Of a stretch of DNA of 64,000 bases, positions 49,840 through 60,155 are shown piece by piece; within the stretch, counting starts at the first letter, position 1; each line of letters opens with the position of its first letter. Source of the DNA: a virus. A model generated the notes under the pieces. The model searched no databases and was not told the DNA's origin. It worked only from the letters and a program-made list of their open reading frames with translations. The position numbers were made by a program, and so were the translations under genes. The stretch lies in the IMG/VR virus record IMGVR_UViG_3300033146_001182, positions 1 to 64,000 of that record; one strand, 5' to 3'.

Positions 49840-50095
49840 AAAAAAGGGAAGAGCATATATATTCCTCTTCCCTTTTCTCATTTTACATTCTTTTAGTTAT
49901 TCTTCTTAATATAATATTTAGTCTAATATTTAGTAATCTCTTATTACTAATAATTTATAGGTAAGAATTTTTTAACCTTGAAAATCTCCTAACCTTAGTT
50001 TACGAACAAGGGTTCTTATGTATTTTGTTTTTGGCCAAAACAGGAAAACTTCTTAACTATCAGCGCTAATATTTAAGTCGTTCACCTCTTAATGA
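49840..50095 (-). ncRNA. candidate ORF-less transcript
   Basis: Promoter at 50101-50129, terminator at 49842-49876, no convincing ORF between. Confidence 0.3.
49842..49876 (-). terminator. rho-independent terminator
   Basis: AAAAGGGAAGAG...CTCTTCCCTTTT. Confidence 0.8.
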
Positions 50096-50128
50096 CATAC
50101 ACTATACCATTATATATAGTGTATGTCA
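50093..50128. repeat. perfect 14-bp inverted repeat coinciding with a sigma70 promoter
   Basis: TGACATACACTATA-8nt-TATAGTGTATGTCA. Confidence 0.85.
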
Positions 50129-50131
50129 ACT

Positions 50132-50398
50132 TTATTTCGGTCTTGTTTTTACAACATCCGAAAATTCATCTTTATTTAGATACCAAAATGGTTTTGTTCC
50201 ATCTTTGTATTGCATTTCCCCAAAATCACCTGGATGGGTAGCAATATGAGCCACCAATCTGATAATATTTGTCATATTAGAATTATCCCAATGATCATCT
50301 TTTCTGGCTCTAAGGAATAATACCAGTGGAAAACAAATCATACCTAAAATGAACATTGCTAAACCAAACAATATAAAACATATATAGATACTAATCAT
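50132..50398 (-). CDS. membrane-anchored hypothetical protein
   Basis: N-terminal TM; ATGA overlap with upstream ORF. Confidence 0.6.
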   Translation of the reverse strand: MISIYICFILFGLAMFILGMICFPLVLFLRARKDDHWDNSNMTNIIRLVAHIATHPGDFGEMQYKDGTKPFWYLNKDEFSDVVKTRPK

Positions 50399-50526
50399 CG
50401 TCTCCCCCTTCTACCTTGTCCTTGTCCTCTACCTTGTCCTTGTCTTTGTCCACTGTTACAATTACCAGCACCTCTACCAGTTTTTGCACCCTGTCCTTGA
50501 GGACCTGTTCCATCTTTTCTTGGCAT
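50395..50526 (-). CDS. DUF5320-like Gly/Arg-rich small protein (43 aa)
   Basis: MPRKDGTGPQGQGAKTGRGAGNC...GRRGRR; SD AAGGAGGTGA. Confidence 0.7.
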   Translation of the reverse strand: MPRKDGTGPQGQGAKTGRGAGNCNSGQRQGQGRGQGQGRRGRR

Positions 50527-50919
50527 AATCATTCACCTCCTTTAAGGATTGCCTTCTCAATCTTAATGCGTTTAATCTCATCATCTTTCATGTAAAATGC
50601 CATTTTGTTTGATGTTTTTAACAATGGATATTCTTTGCCATCAACAATAATAAATAATCCATCTTTTGTGTAATTTTTGTTAGATTTCATCATCATCTAC
50701 CCAAATATAATATCCTTCACTTCTTTTATCCAAATCAAACTTTTTATTTTTATATTTAACATAATGTTTATTTGTTTTGGAATTGAAAGTTGGTTTTCTT
50801 TCAATTTTATCAATAACATCATGATAATATGGTCTTACACAAACCGAAATATTAACTTTATCCATAACATACCTCCTTTTGAGAGATAGTATCACATTAA
50901 GATTTATATGTAAACAAAC

Positions 50920-51294
50920 TCAATAATCAACATATGTTGCATTACCAGATTCAACTAATCTATCGTTGACACAAACCCAAACTTCACCATAATTTACTAA
51001 TACATCGGCAACATATCTACCATATTTTCCATGATTTTTATATGTTTTTAATCTTACTTCCCCACCTGCAAAAATTATGTTTTCTAAAAATTGTTTTGCA
51101 TTATAACCTTTTCGTTTTTCATCTAAATCTTTTGTTCTAGTTTCAGGACAATTAATTCTCGCAAATCTAACATGTTCATTATGAATCCATGTATCAAATC
51201 CCAAATCAATATCACAAACAATTGTATCACCATCAATAACACGAACTACCTTACATTTATACAAATAATCAATCTGCGTCTGCTGGTTTAACAT
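50920..51294 (-). CDS. thermonuclease (SNase family)
   Basis: VIDGDT, VRFARINCPE, GKYGRYVA; start revised to MLNQQ. Confidence 0.85.
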   Translation of the reverse strand: MLNQQTQIDYLYKCKVVRVIDGDTIVCDIDLGFDTWIHNEHVRFARINCPETRTKDLDEKRKGYNAKQFLENIIFAGGEVRLKTYKNHGKYGRYVADVLVNYGEVWVCVNDRLVESGNATYVDY

Positions 51295-51529
51295 CTTCAC
51301 CTCTCGCTTTTGCTTCTTTATAGGCTTTCCAATATTGTGATGTTTCACCTGTCCAATCACACATATCAGTTTTATTATTATATTTTAATTCAAATGACCC
51401 AAATGACACCTTTTTTGTCATAGGTTTACCACATTCAGGACATAATTCTGTTGGTTGTTCACCATATTTAAGATTTACATCTTCTTTAATTATTTTACAA
51501 TCATGACAAATAATATCACACCACGGCAT
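51269..51529 (-). CDS. FmdB-like Zn-ribbon protein
   Basis: MP...CHDC...CPECG...FELK. Confidence 0.7.
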   Translation of the reverse strand: MPWCDIICHDCKIIKEDVNLKYGEQPTELCPECGKPMTKKVSFGSFELKYNNKTDMCDWTGETSQYWKAYKEAKARGEDVKPADAD

Positions 51530-51764
51530 ATACTTGTTCTCCTTTTAATCTACAATTTTGGCATATAAATTCACCATTCTCAGAATCAAGAATAAAATCA
51601 GTATTTTCTTCAATATACTTTATTTGTTCATCTGCTGTTAAATGTGATTTATATATAAACACTGATGATTCTTGTCCACAATCATTACATTTAATTACAG
51701 CAAAATCCCACTCTTCTTTATATTTATGTTGATTTGGTGTATCCAGATGCATACCATCCCCCAC
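51516..51764 (-). CDS. Zn-ribbon protein
   Basis: CNDC...CQNC. Confidence 0.6.
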   Translation of the reverse strand: MGDGMHLDTPNQHKYKEEWDFAVIKCNDCGQESSVFIYKSHLTADEQIKYIEENTDFILDSENGEFICQNCRLKGEQVYAVV

Positions 51765-51912
51765 CTTTCAACTCAAATGATGACCTACTAGGTATCTTTA
51801 TCATCATTCTTCCACATTCTTCACATGTTAATTGTTTCAATTTTGAATCTTCCATTTTTAATAGTCGTTCCTTTACACCACATGCAGGACAACAAAATTC
51901 ATAAAGAGGCAT
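51724..51912 (-). CDS. FmdB-family Zn-ribbon protein
   Basis: MPLYEFCCPACG...CEECG...FELKGGGWYASGY. Confidence 0.8.
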   Translation of the reverse strand: MPLYEFCCPACGVKERLLKMEDSKLKQLTCEECGRMMIKIPSRSSFELKGGGWYASGYTKST

Positions 51913-52740
51913 TTAATCTATCTCCTGTAAATACTTATCTATTTGTTTCAATAAATTTCTAATATTCCCATCATTATTATGATATATAATTTTTGCTTTA
52001 TTATTATTAAAATTGTATATACCATCTGTTCTATATTGACCTACATTTTCACCCCAAGATAATACAGGAACATTTTGTAAATTAGCTATAACTGTCCAAT
52101 GGGAACATGGAGTTATCACTGCCTTTGCATTAGTAATAGCTGTAATTGTCTTCTGATACCCTGTTTGTATGTAATCTATATCTTGTAAAATCTCATTACT
52201 TTCAGGTAAATGACATTTCATATCACCAACAACAGCAAACTTACATGAACTATTAAGATAATCAAATATTAATAAAGCATCATCCTCTGTCATTGAAATA
52301 TCAGGTATGAATACAACATATCCTCTTCTCTTTGAAATCGGAACTTTTATTGGTTCAAATACTTTATGATAAATTGAAATTGGTGATATATATTTTACAT
52401 ATGGTAATGATTGTTGATCTATATTCTTTTTGATACAATTCATCTGTAATGCTATCGTATCTTTATACTTTCTAACGATACCCATAAAATCATGTTGATC
52501 TACATCTTTATGACTGTATCCTGATTGGTGAATCTCCTGACGAGTTAATTGTTTATAGACGGGCTTATATCTTCTATTTGATACTTGAGGATACAAAAAC
52601 TTCCTATTGAAATGAGATGAATAAAATACATGTTTAGTATCAGTATTTAATTCAATCCAACGCATATATGGTCGGAAGGTCAATATTTCTTGTTCAAATG
52701 ATCCTATAAAAGGACCTAATGCCAATACATTTTTACTCAC
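51913..52740 (-). CDS. hypothetical protein, possible GT-B glycosyltransferase-like
   Basis: GPFIGSF N-terminus; AKAVITPCSHWTVIANLQNVPVLSW resembles GT9 C-terminal motif. Confidence 0.45.
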   Translation of the reverse strand: MSKNVLALGPFIGSFEQEILTFRPYMRWIELNTDTKHVFYSSHFNRKFLYPQVSNRRYKPVYKQLTRQEIHQSGYSHKDVDQHDFMGIVRKYKDTIALQMNCIKKNIDQQSLPYVKYISPISIYHKVFEPIKVPISKRRGYVVFIPDISMTEDDALLIFDYLNSSCKFAVVGDMKCHLPESNEILQDIDYIQTGYQKTITAITNAKAVITPCSHWTVIANLQNVPVLSWGENVGQYRTDGIYNFNNNKAKIIYHNNDGNIRNLLKQIDKYLQEID

Positions 52741-52753
52741 AGATTATTTCCTA

Positions 52754-53221
52754 TTATACAAGTATTAAATTTCCTGACCATTTATTAAAAGGTTCAGGAT
52801 TTTCTTTATAATGTTTCTCTCCAACTATCATTACTTCGGTATTATATAATACATCTTCTAATGCAACTGAAAAAACAAACGCCTTTTCTAATGGATTTAA
52901 TACTGTAGTATCCAACAATACTTTATTATTTCTCTTAAAGAATGTTATCAATCTATCATCTACTGTATTTGATATATAATATTTTTTATTTGTATTCCTT
53001 AAAATACTGTTATAAAATCTTATGTTATTATCTATTACAAATCTATTAGTAAGATTAAATGTTTTCAATACATATTCTACTTTTTCTACTGTAGGTTCTT
53101 TGAAATCTAATTTTATTATATGTATTCTTGGGATTGATGTAATTAATTCATTCGCCATATTTGACTCTGTAATACATACATAATCAATTCCCATTTTAGT
53201 AATTTTCATTTTTTCCTCCAT
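52754..53221 (-). CDS. hypothetical protein
   Basis: ORF with SD GGAGG. Confidence 0.6.
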   Translation of the reverse strand: MEEKMKITKMGIDYVCITESNMANELITSIPRIHIIKLDFKEPTVEKVEYVLKTFNLTNRFVIDNNIRFYNSILRNTNKKYYISNTVDDRLITFFKRNNKVLLDTTVLNPLEKAFVFSVALEDVLYNTEVMIVGEKHYKENPEPFNKWSGNLILV

Positions 53222-53243
53222 AACAAAACATCATATTATAGTA

Positions 53244-54275
53244 TTATTTATACTTTTTATAATGATTTTTTATCGTTATGGATGCCTTAAAGTGTTTTAA
53301 CGAATTATCTACTATATAATCATATATATTAAGTTGTTTATTATTTACTTTTAATTCATTCAAATCTTTAATATTCTCTCTAGGCATAAAAAAATACTTT
53401 AATGTTTTGGCATACTTTGATTCTTCTATAATTTTTATGTAATTTTCACACCCTGATTTATCATATGATGGATTATCCAATGCAATTATTATCTTCCTAG
53501 AAAAACATAGTATTTTTTCTAGGAAATCATCTGATATAGAAGCACCTAAACATGTTGTGCCTTGGTTGTTTTCTACCATAAAAGCATCAATTAACCCTTC
53601 GGTGATTATAATATATTTTTCAGGATCAAAATACTCTTTATTTAATATAATACTTTCTTTTTGGACTACTGGATTAAGATATTTTGGTTCAATATAATCA
53701 TTCATTGACCTACCTTGGAAATATACCATTATACCATTCTCATATACTGGTATAATAAATCTATTTTTATATTTTCCTGAATGACATACCATAATATTTC
53801 TTCTTAATGGTATTTGTCTATCAATATAAAATTTTTTCAAAGACTGGTGATATCTTCCCTGAATTTTTCCATCTGGTTTTTGGTCTAATGTTAAACAATC
53901 AGATAAATCAAGATCTAATACACCTTGTTCATCTTCTTCATCTTTATATTCTTTCTTCTTGTCAAGTCGTTCTTTTAATTTATCTTTATCATATTTTGTT
54001 TCATTAAGTGCTTTATTTGCCTCTTTCCATGAAACACCCATAACATGAGAATATAATGATTGTATGTTACCTGATGGAGCAGGACAACCACCATTATAAC
54101 AAGTATATATCCATTCATCATATTTTGGATAATAATCAACATGACATCTTCTTTTATTAGGATTTTTTTTAGAATCACCGCAGACAGGACAACGTAATAT
54201 ATAACCATCACCACTACGTTTTACTTTATTACAATTTGAATATAAAAATTCTTCTATTAAGTATCGTTCTGACAT
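53244..54275 (-). CDS. 61: DNA primase (T4 gp61-like)
   Basis: CPVCGDS Zn finger, FQGR, TEGLIDA, ALDN, KDLNE. Confidence 0.9.
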   Translation of the reverse strand: MSERYLIEEFLYSNCNKVKRSGDGYILRCPVCGDSKKNPNKRRCHVDYYPKYDEWIYTCYNGGCPAPSGNIQSLYSHVMGVSWKEANKALNETKYDKDKLKERLDKKKEYKDEEDEQGVLDLDLSDCLTLDQKPDGKIQGRYHQSLKKFYIDRQIPLRRNIMVCHSGKYKNRFIIPVYENGIMVYFQGRSMNDYIEPKYLNPVVQKESIILNKEYFDPEKYIIITEGLIDAFMVENNQGTTCLGASISDDFLEKILCFSRKIIIALDNPSYDKSGCENYIKIIEESKYAKTLKYFFMPRENIKDLNELKVNNKQLNIYDYIVDNSLKHFKASITIKNHYKKYK

Positions 54276-54571
54276 AATTTATCTGAGTAATAAGCTAAAA
54301 TATCCCCATGACATGGATTTGGTTTACAAAAACATACCAATATTTTATCATTCAATTCCTTTAATTTTTGTCTATATTCTTCATCAGTTTCTATACGTTC
54401 AACAACATAACTTCGGAATAATTCTAAGGTAGAACCTCTTTTTTTACCATTCAATTTAATAGGATTACCCCAATATCCATCAAATCCTCTACCAGCCCGA
54501 CCAATATAAACATATTTAGGATTATCTTCCCATCCAATTGGAGCATTTCTTATGTTTATAACTTCTGCCAT
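54257..54571 (-). CDS. DUF4326 family protein
   Basis: YIGR...WGNP...LVCFCKPNPCHGDIL. Confidence 0.8.
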   Translation of the reverse strand: MAEVINIRNAPIGWEDNPKYVYIGRAGRGFDGYWGNPIKLNGKKRGSTLELFRSYVVERIETDEEYRQKLKELNDKILVCFCKPNPCHGDILAYYSDKLCQNDT

Positions 54572-54948
54572 TATTCAAGATATCCTTCTTCTGTTATATC
54601 TGTATCAATTATAGTAACATCATCGTAATCAAATGTAAATAACAAGTGGGGAACATTATCATTTGCTTTGTTCATTTCATTTTCCCATTCTTTTGCCATT
54701 TTTGTTGCATCAGATAAAGATAAAGCCACGAAACTTCGTAGCCATATCTGTTGATTCTTTATTTTATTTTTGAATTGATATATTTTCATCTTTTAATAAA
54801 TTCTACACAATCAAACTCTATTGATGTATATAACCTTGACTTCTTTACATCAACAGGACTGAACTTGTCATTTTCACATTCTCTTATATTATTATGAACT
54901 ATACAATAAACACAATCTTTACATAAATTAGTTGTGTTTAATTTACAA

Positions 54949-55227
54949 TTATCTAATTGGATAAATTCTTGTATCATTCTTTAATTCATCCTTAATTCTT
55001 TTTGGAAATAAATCATAAAACTGTTGAATATCTTCATCTTCCACTACGCCAAACCAATCTCTCATAAACAAAACTACCTCCGTGGGGGATACGTCTTCTT
55101 CCATTAACCCATCATAAATTTTAATAATTGCTCTTTTTAATGATTGTGACACAGCTTGTCGGGAAATATTTAGTTCTCGTGCAATTTCAGAACCCGTCTT
55201 GGCTTGAACATATTCAACATTTTTCAT
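54949..55227 (-). CDS. helix-turn-helix DNA-binding protein
   Basis: GSEIARELNISRQAVSQSLKRA. Confidence 0.75.
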   Translation of the reverse strand: MKNVEYVQAKTGSEIARELNISRQAVSQSLKRAIIKIYDGLMEEDVSPTEVVLFMRDWFGVVEDEDIQQFYDLFPKRIKDELKNDTRIYPIR

Positions 55228-55294
55228 ACATTTCTCCTTTGGTTAGATGTTTTTGTTAATATATCACAATATAATTTCATTGTCAAATCTTTTT

Positions 55295-57925
55295 TTAACA
55301 TTCAGAATAATCACACTCAGAACATTTTATACATCCTTCAATAAAAATCATCTTCTCATTACAAATTGGACATTTCTTACCATTTTCCATTGTATCTATA
55401 TATTCCATCAATAGTTTCTTTAATCTATATACTAATGATGAAATAGGCAATTCTAAAATATCCAATGTCTTAACAATTTTTTCAATTTGAACATTATGTC
55501 TCAATAATAAACTTATAGTACGAGCAATTTTATTAACATTATTTTGTCCTGTACATTTTTTGGCATTATCTTCAATATGTTCTAAAGCAATACCTTCAAC
55601 CTCTGCCAACTCATTAAGTGCTTCAATAGTTCCAAATGTAGTAATTTCTGGTTCACGATGATTAGTAGAAACAAATAACGCAAATGGACGAGTCATTTGT
55701 TTATCCTTATACGACATAGATACATACCATTTTTTACCCTCAGATGCAATTTTACGACCTTTCATTGGGTATTCTGATGGTAGATCTACTTGATGTGGAA
55801 TAACCTCACCCTTTTCATGTTCCTTCCATTCATTGAAAAACTCTTTTTGTTCTTTCTTGGCAGTTTTCTTAATATCTTTCTTTTCCTTATTTGTTTCTAA
55901 TACTGCCATCATTGTGCCTTCACGATATGTCGTTACGCCACGACCACCTTCACGCCACAATTTACGATATAATTGATCAAAATCTTCTACAGGATAATCA
56001 GCAGGTAGATTGATAGTTTTACTAATACTATTATCCACATACTTACTCAACAAAATAAATGTATCTAAATGTTCTTGAGCACTCAAATCATTAGCACATG
56101 AAAATACTCCTCTCTCTTTATAATCATAATATACCTCTTCGGATAAATTATCAATGATTACTTTATAAGCATAATCATAAACTTGTATTTTTTCTGTAAG
56201 TCCACGATTTTTATCAATCATGATCTTTCCACACTTAGAAACTAATACCTGATCGTCACCTCTCATTTGAAACTTGAAATCATCTGTCTCATACCATTCA
56301 CCACGTTCCCATTCTGGATAATCCATAGTTTTAAGTATTCCTTTAGAACGATGATTAGCAATAACCCAACGGAAATAATCAGTTTCATATACTGGTTCAA
56401 TACCACCTGAAATACATCCAGCATAAATTGAAAGATTACCTGTCGGAGCAACTGTTAAGATTTGTGAGTTTCTTAATCCATTTTTCTTAATCATTTCTAA
56501 TGTTTCTTGTGTCAAAATACCAGAGTTTTTAATAAAACCTTGATTGAGACACTTTTCTTCATCATATAACATGAATGAACCTTTTTGAGCTGCCAATAAA
56601 GATGATTGTTGATATGCAATATTAGCGAAAATACTCATCAATCGTTCAGTAAACTTTAATGCTTCTGGTGAACCATATTTCATCCCCATCATCATTAATG
56701 TTGAACCATATCCAAAAATACCAGCACCAATTTTACGTCTTAATTTTGCGGCTGTCTCAAGTTCATCAAATGGATAACCTGAAATATCAATAAGATTATC
56801 AAGTCCAATTACCAATAATTTAACATCATCAATAAATCTATCCCAATCAAACCCTTTATTATAGAGTTCACTTTCATTTTCAAGATTATTAAAAACTTCA
56901 ATATTAACATACATACAAAGATTCAATGATCCTAAATTACAAATATCACCTAAATGTTTGTAAAGAATACCATCTTTCTCAAATACCCCAGCATCAGCAA
57001 GCATAGAAATTTCACCACAAGGATTAGTTCCTGTTACTTTTTGGTAATGAATAACATTATTATAACGATTAGCATTATCAATAAAATAAATACCAGGTTC
57101 ATTTCGTTTGTGCATTGTTTCAATCAAGAAATCCCAAATCTCTTGAGCGGGTTTTGTATCATATACTACTTTAGGATAACCTTTTGATTCCCATTCTTCA
57201 AAATCACCATTCCATTCATCATCATATTTTTCAAAATGGATATCAGGAAACCAAAAATCCCAATCTCCACCAGCTTCCAATGTTTCCATGAACACATCTG
57301 GTACAATAACAGACATATTAAACTTTGTTAACATATTAGGAACTGATTTTGCTTTAATGTAATTTATAATCTCAGGATGGTAGATACTCAACATTGCCAT
57401 TTGAGCACCTTTACGAATTTTCTTTTTGGTCTTCATCTTTTTACGTTGTTTAACATCTTCTGATGAACCACGAGTAATAATCTCGGCAGATTTATCATAG
57501 ATTTCCATAAATGCTACAACACCAGGAGTTCCAACACCAACACCTTTAATCAATGTACCTTTAGGACGGATATGATTAAAATTATAACCAATACCACCCT
57601 CTGTCTTTAAGATTTCAGCAGCATTATGTAAGTCTGTGAAAATATTTTTAATTGAATCAACTGGCTTTGTAGCACGTTGAGCGCCATAACAGTTAAAAGA
57701 ATGAACATTTTTAATTCCTGTACCTGTATTAGCAGTAACCCGACCACCAAAAAACAATCTTCTACTCAATAATGACTTAAACGCTTTAACTTTAATTTCT
57801 GTTGGTTCATCTTGGTATATTGTACCACTTAACCTTTCTTGGGTATGTTCGATAGTTTCATTATTATTCTCATAATTATCCTCCCATACCATTTTTTGAA
57901 AATCATTTACAAAAAAATCTACCAT
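55295..57925 (-). CDS. nrdJ: class II (adenosylcobalamin-dependent) ribonucleotide reductase
   Basis: NCY, TNPCGEI, CNLGSLN, VAPTG, SISKTIN; C-terminal Zn ribbon; no nrdB adjacent. Confidence 0.85.
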   Translation of the reverse strand: MVDFFVNDFQKMVWEDNYENNNETIEHTQERLSGTIYQDEPTEIKVKAFKSLLSRRLFFGGRVTANTGTGIKNVHSFNCYGAQRATKPVDSIKNIFTDLHNAAEILKTEGGIGYNFNHIRPKGTLIKGVGVGTPGVVAFMEIYDKSAEIITRGSSEDVKQRKKMKTKKKIRKGAQMAMLSIYHPEIINYIKAKSVPNMLTKFNMSVIVPDVFMETLEAGGDWDFWFPDIHFEKYDDEWNGDFEEWESKGYPKVVYDTKPAQEIWDFLIETMHKRNEPGIYFIDNANRYNNVIHYQKVTGTNPCGEISMLADAGVFEKDGILYKHLGDICNLGSLNLCMYVNIEVFNNLENESELYNKGFDWDRFIDDVKLLVIGLDNLIDISGYPFDELETAAKLRRKIGAGIFGYGSTLMMMGMKYGSPEALKFTERLMSIFANIAYQQSSLLAAQKGSFMLYDEEKCLNQGFIKNSGILTQETLEMIKKNGLRNSQILTVAPTGNLSIYAGCISGGIEPVYETDYFRWVIANHRSKGILKTMDYPEWERGEWYETDDFKFQMRGDDQVLVSKCGKIMIDKNRGLTEKIQVYDYAYKVIIDNLSEEVYYDYKERGVFSCANDLSAQEHLDTFILLSKYVDNSISKTINLPADYPVEDFDQLYRKLWREGGRGVTTYREGTMMAVLETNKEKKDIKKTAKKEQKEFFNEWKEHEKGEVIPHQVDLPSEYPMKGRKIASEGKKWYVSMSYKDKQMTRPFALFVSTNHREPEITTFGTIEALNELAEVEGIALEHIEDNAKKCTGQNNVNKIARTISLLLRHNVQIEKIVKTLDILELPISSLVYRLKKLLMEYIDTMENGKKCPICNEKMIFIEGCIKCSECDYSEC

Positions 57926-57941
57926 TTACTTTTCCTCCGAA

Positions 57942-58481
57942 TTATCTTGTTCCTGTTGAATTATATGCACCTTCACCACGTTCAGTTTTATCAAGTTCAT
58001 TTACTTCAACAAAATTAGCTTTTAATACTGGACAAATCACTCCTTGAGCAATTCTTTCTCCACATTCAATTTCAATTACTTCATTTGATATATTTTGACA
58101 AATTACTCCAACAACACCACGATATCCACTATCAACTGTTCCTGGGGAATTCGCAACAACAAATCCTCTTTTCAATGGTGAACCTGATCTTGTTCGTACT
58201 TGTAATTCTGTTCCTTCTGGTACGGCAACTTTAATGCCACATGGGATAACAATAGTTTCTCCGATTCTAATTTGATAACCACCTCTATCATTCGTTTCAG
58301 CCCTCAAATCAAACCCTGAATCACCTTGTTTTTCATAGGTAAGTTTCTTATTTTCTTCTCCACCACAATAATTCTCTGTATATACAATTTCTACAGGTAT
58401 TTGTTCATTTTCATTATTAAATAAATCCCATATTTGACCTGCAATATCAGAAAACATATTAACATAACTTTCTTTATTCAT
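57942..58481 (-). CDS. dut: dUTPase
   Basis: SGFDL, RSG, GTVDSGYRG, RIAQ, RGEGAYNSTG. Confidence 0.93.
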   Translation of the reverse strand: MNKESYVNMFSDIAGQIWDLFNNENEQIPVEIVYTENYCGGEENKKLTYEKQGDSGFDLRAETNDRGGYQIRIGETIVIPCGIKVAVPEGTELQVRTRSGSPLKRGFVVANSPGTVDSGYRGVVGVICQNISNEVIEIECGERIAQGVICPVLKANFVEVNELDKTERGEGAYNSTGTR

Positions 58482-58527
58482 AACACTTTACTCCTTTTAA
58501 TAACATATTTGGTATAGATAATACAAA

Positions 58528-58557
58528 AATAAAGGGTGCTATTACACACCCTTTATT
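58528..58557 (-). terminator. rho-independent terminator
   Basis: AATAAAGGGTG...CACCCTTTATT. Confidence 0.7.
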
Positions 58558-58852
58558 TCTTTTTGTGGGTAATTCTATTTATCCAAAATATACATTACTC
58601 ACAAAATTCTCGTAATCTGGTTGCCAGACTACATCTACAGTGTCACCAATCATTTGTTCAATACTTGCTGTGGTATCCCACTTTTGTTGAGCATTGAATG
58701 CTTCTTGGAATGTTTCAAAGAGTTGTGGAAGTGATTGATTCCATTCTTTGTGAACGACTTTATAGACACCTTCATAGTTTTTCATTTTTTTTCCTTTTAC
58801 GTTAGGGGTTAAAAGATACATACATATTAACCTATTAAGATTGATATGTAAA

Positions 58853-59749
58853 CTAGTATAATTCTAAAAGTTTATTTTCCACATTTGTAAAATTTTCCAT
58901 ATACTCTGGCCATTTATATTTGTTAATAAACTTATAAATGTTATCTGGTGAAGGATAAACATAATTATCATATTCACGATTAATTCTTCGTTTAATTTCT
59001 TCTGGTATACGACCCAAATCCATTAAATTACGATTAAACTCATATCGTTCTCGTAAATTATTTTCATCCAACCATTTATCCAAACCAGTGGCAATAACTT
59101 TTTCATATGCCTTCTCACCAAATCCTGGTTTCTTCTTTCCATCAGGAAAATCTAAAGGTGTTTTAATATTGTAAATATTGTCTTTAGTTTGACCCCGTAA
59201 TGTTTGTTCAACTATAAACAATTCAGGATTAGGATGTTCTACTTCTGTTTTTTTCAAAGGATTATAAATTTTCACTCTTGGTGAACATAATTGTAAAAAA
59301 TCCTTATCTGTTGAAATGATATAAAAATCTTGTGGTTTTGTCAAGGCTAATACACCAATAATGTCATCACCCTCAGCATCTTCAACTTTGATTACCTTAA
59401 AAGGAAGGTTTTCTTTTAATTCTAACATAAAAGAATCATAAACATCAAAATACTCATCCCAATCTAAATCAATCTTTTCTCTACTAGATTTACGATTAGC
59501 TTTATATTTTGTCCAATATAATTTTCGCCATGAACGTCTTGAGTCCATAGCGAGAATTATTTCACCGACTTCACCTTGTTTATGTTTGAATAGAGATTTA
59601 TAGATAGAATCAAATATTCTATATTTCATAATCTCGTAGTTTTTTTCTATAACATGTGTTTTATCTTTTGGGTCCATTATCAAGATATCAGGACCGAAAA
59701 GATTTCTGATTGCTAGGTTATTAGCATCAAAACAAATTGTTTTTTTCAT
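58853..59749 (-). CDS. rnh: RNase H / 5'-3' exonuclease (T4 rnh-like)
   Basis: SWRK..YKANR, EGDDII, STDKDFLQL, DNI. Confidence 0.9.
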   Translation of the reverse strand: MKKTICFDANNLAIRNLFGPDILIMDPKDKTHVIEKNYEIMKYRIFDSIYKSLFKHKQGEVGEIILAMDSRRSWRKLYWTKYKANRKSSREKIDLDWDEYFDVYDSFMLELKENLPFKVIKVEDAEGDDIIGVLALTKPQDFYIISTDKDFLQLCSPRVKIYNPLKKTEVEHPNPELFIVEQTLRGQTKDNIYNIKTPLDFPDGKKKPGFGEKAYEKVIATGLDKWLDENNLRERYEFNRNLMDLGRIPEEIKRRINREYDNYVYPSPDNIYKFINKYKWPEYMENFTNVENKLLELY

Positions 59750-59810
59750 GTAAATTCTCCAAAATTAGATTTATGGAAAATTATACAATATACTACCCTA
59801 TATGTAAACT

Positions 59811-60155
59811 CTATTTAACTCGTCTAATATATTTTTTACCATCATCATCAGTATGTCTAATGAAAAATGGTCTGTTATATTTTGTTTTTGACATATACTG
59901 TTGTGCATTTGAACCTGACTTAAAACGTAAACGTCTCCGTCCATCTTGCATATTCTGATAGAACTCACCTTGATCTACATCAAAACAAGGAAACTCATCT
60001 TTGCCCTGTTTGATTACATCATCCGCACGAACATCAGCAACATCTGTTTCAAATCCTGATTGTGAGTTATCTCCACCATCAGCAACATCACTTGATCCCA
60101 TTGTCACATTTTCAGGGGTATGTGTATCACCTGACCCTGTTAAAAATTCACCCAT
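59811..60155 (-). CDS. hypothetical protein
   Basis: SD GGAGG-like; coupled ORF. Confidence 0.6.
   Translation of the reverse strand: MGEFLTGSGDTHTPENVTMGSSDVADGGDNSQSGFETDVADVRADDVIKQGKDEFPCFDVDQGEFYQNMQDGRRRLRFKSGSNAQQYMSKTKYNRPFFIRHTDDDGKKYIRRVK

Noticed and set aside
22767-57925. Inteins or introns in polymerase, helicase or RNR
   Set aside because: ORFs are uninterrupted and of ordinary length, and no intein splice motifs or homing endonuclease domains were recognised.
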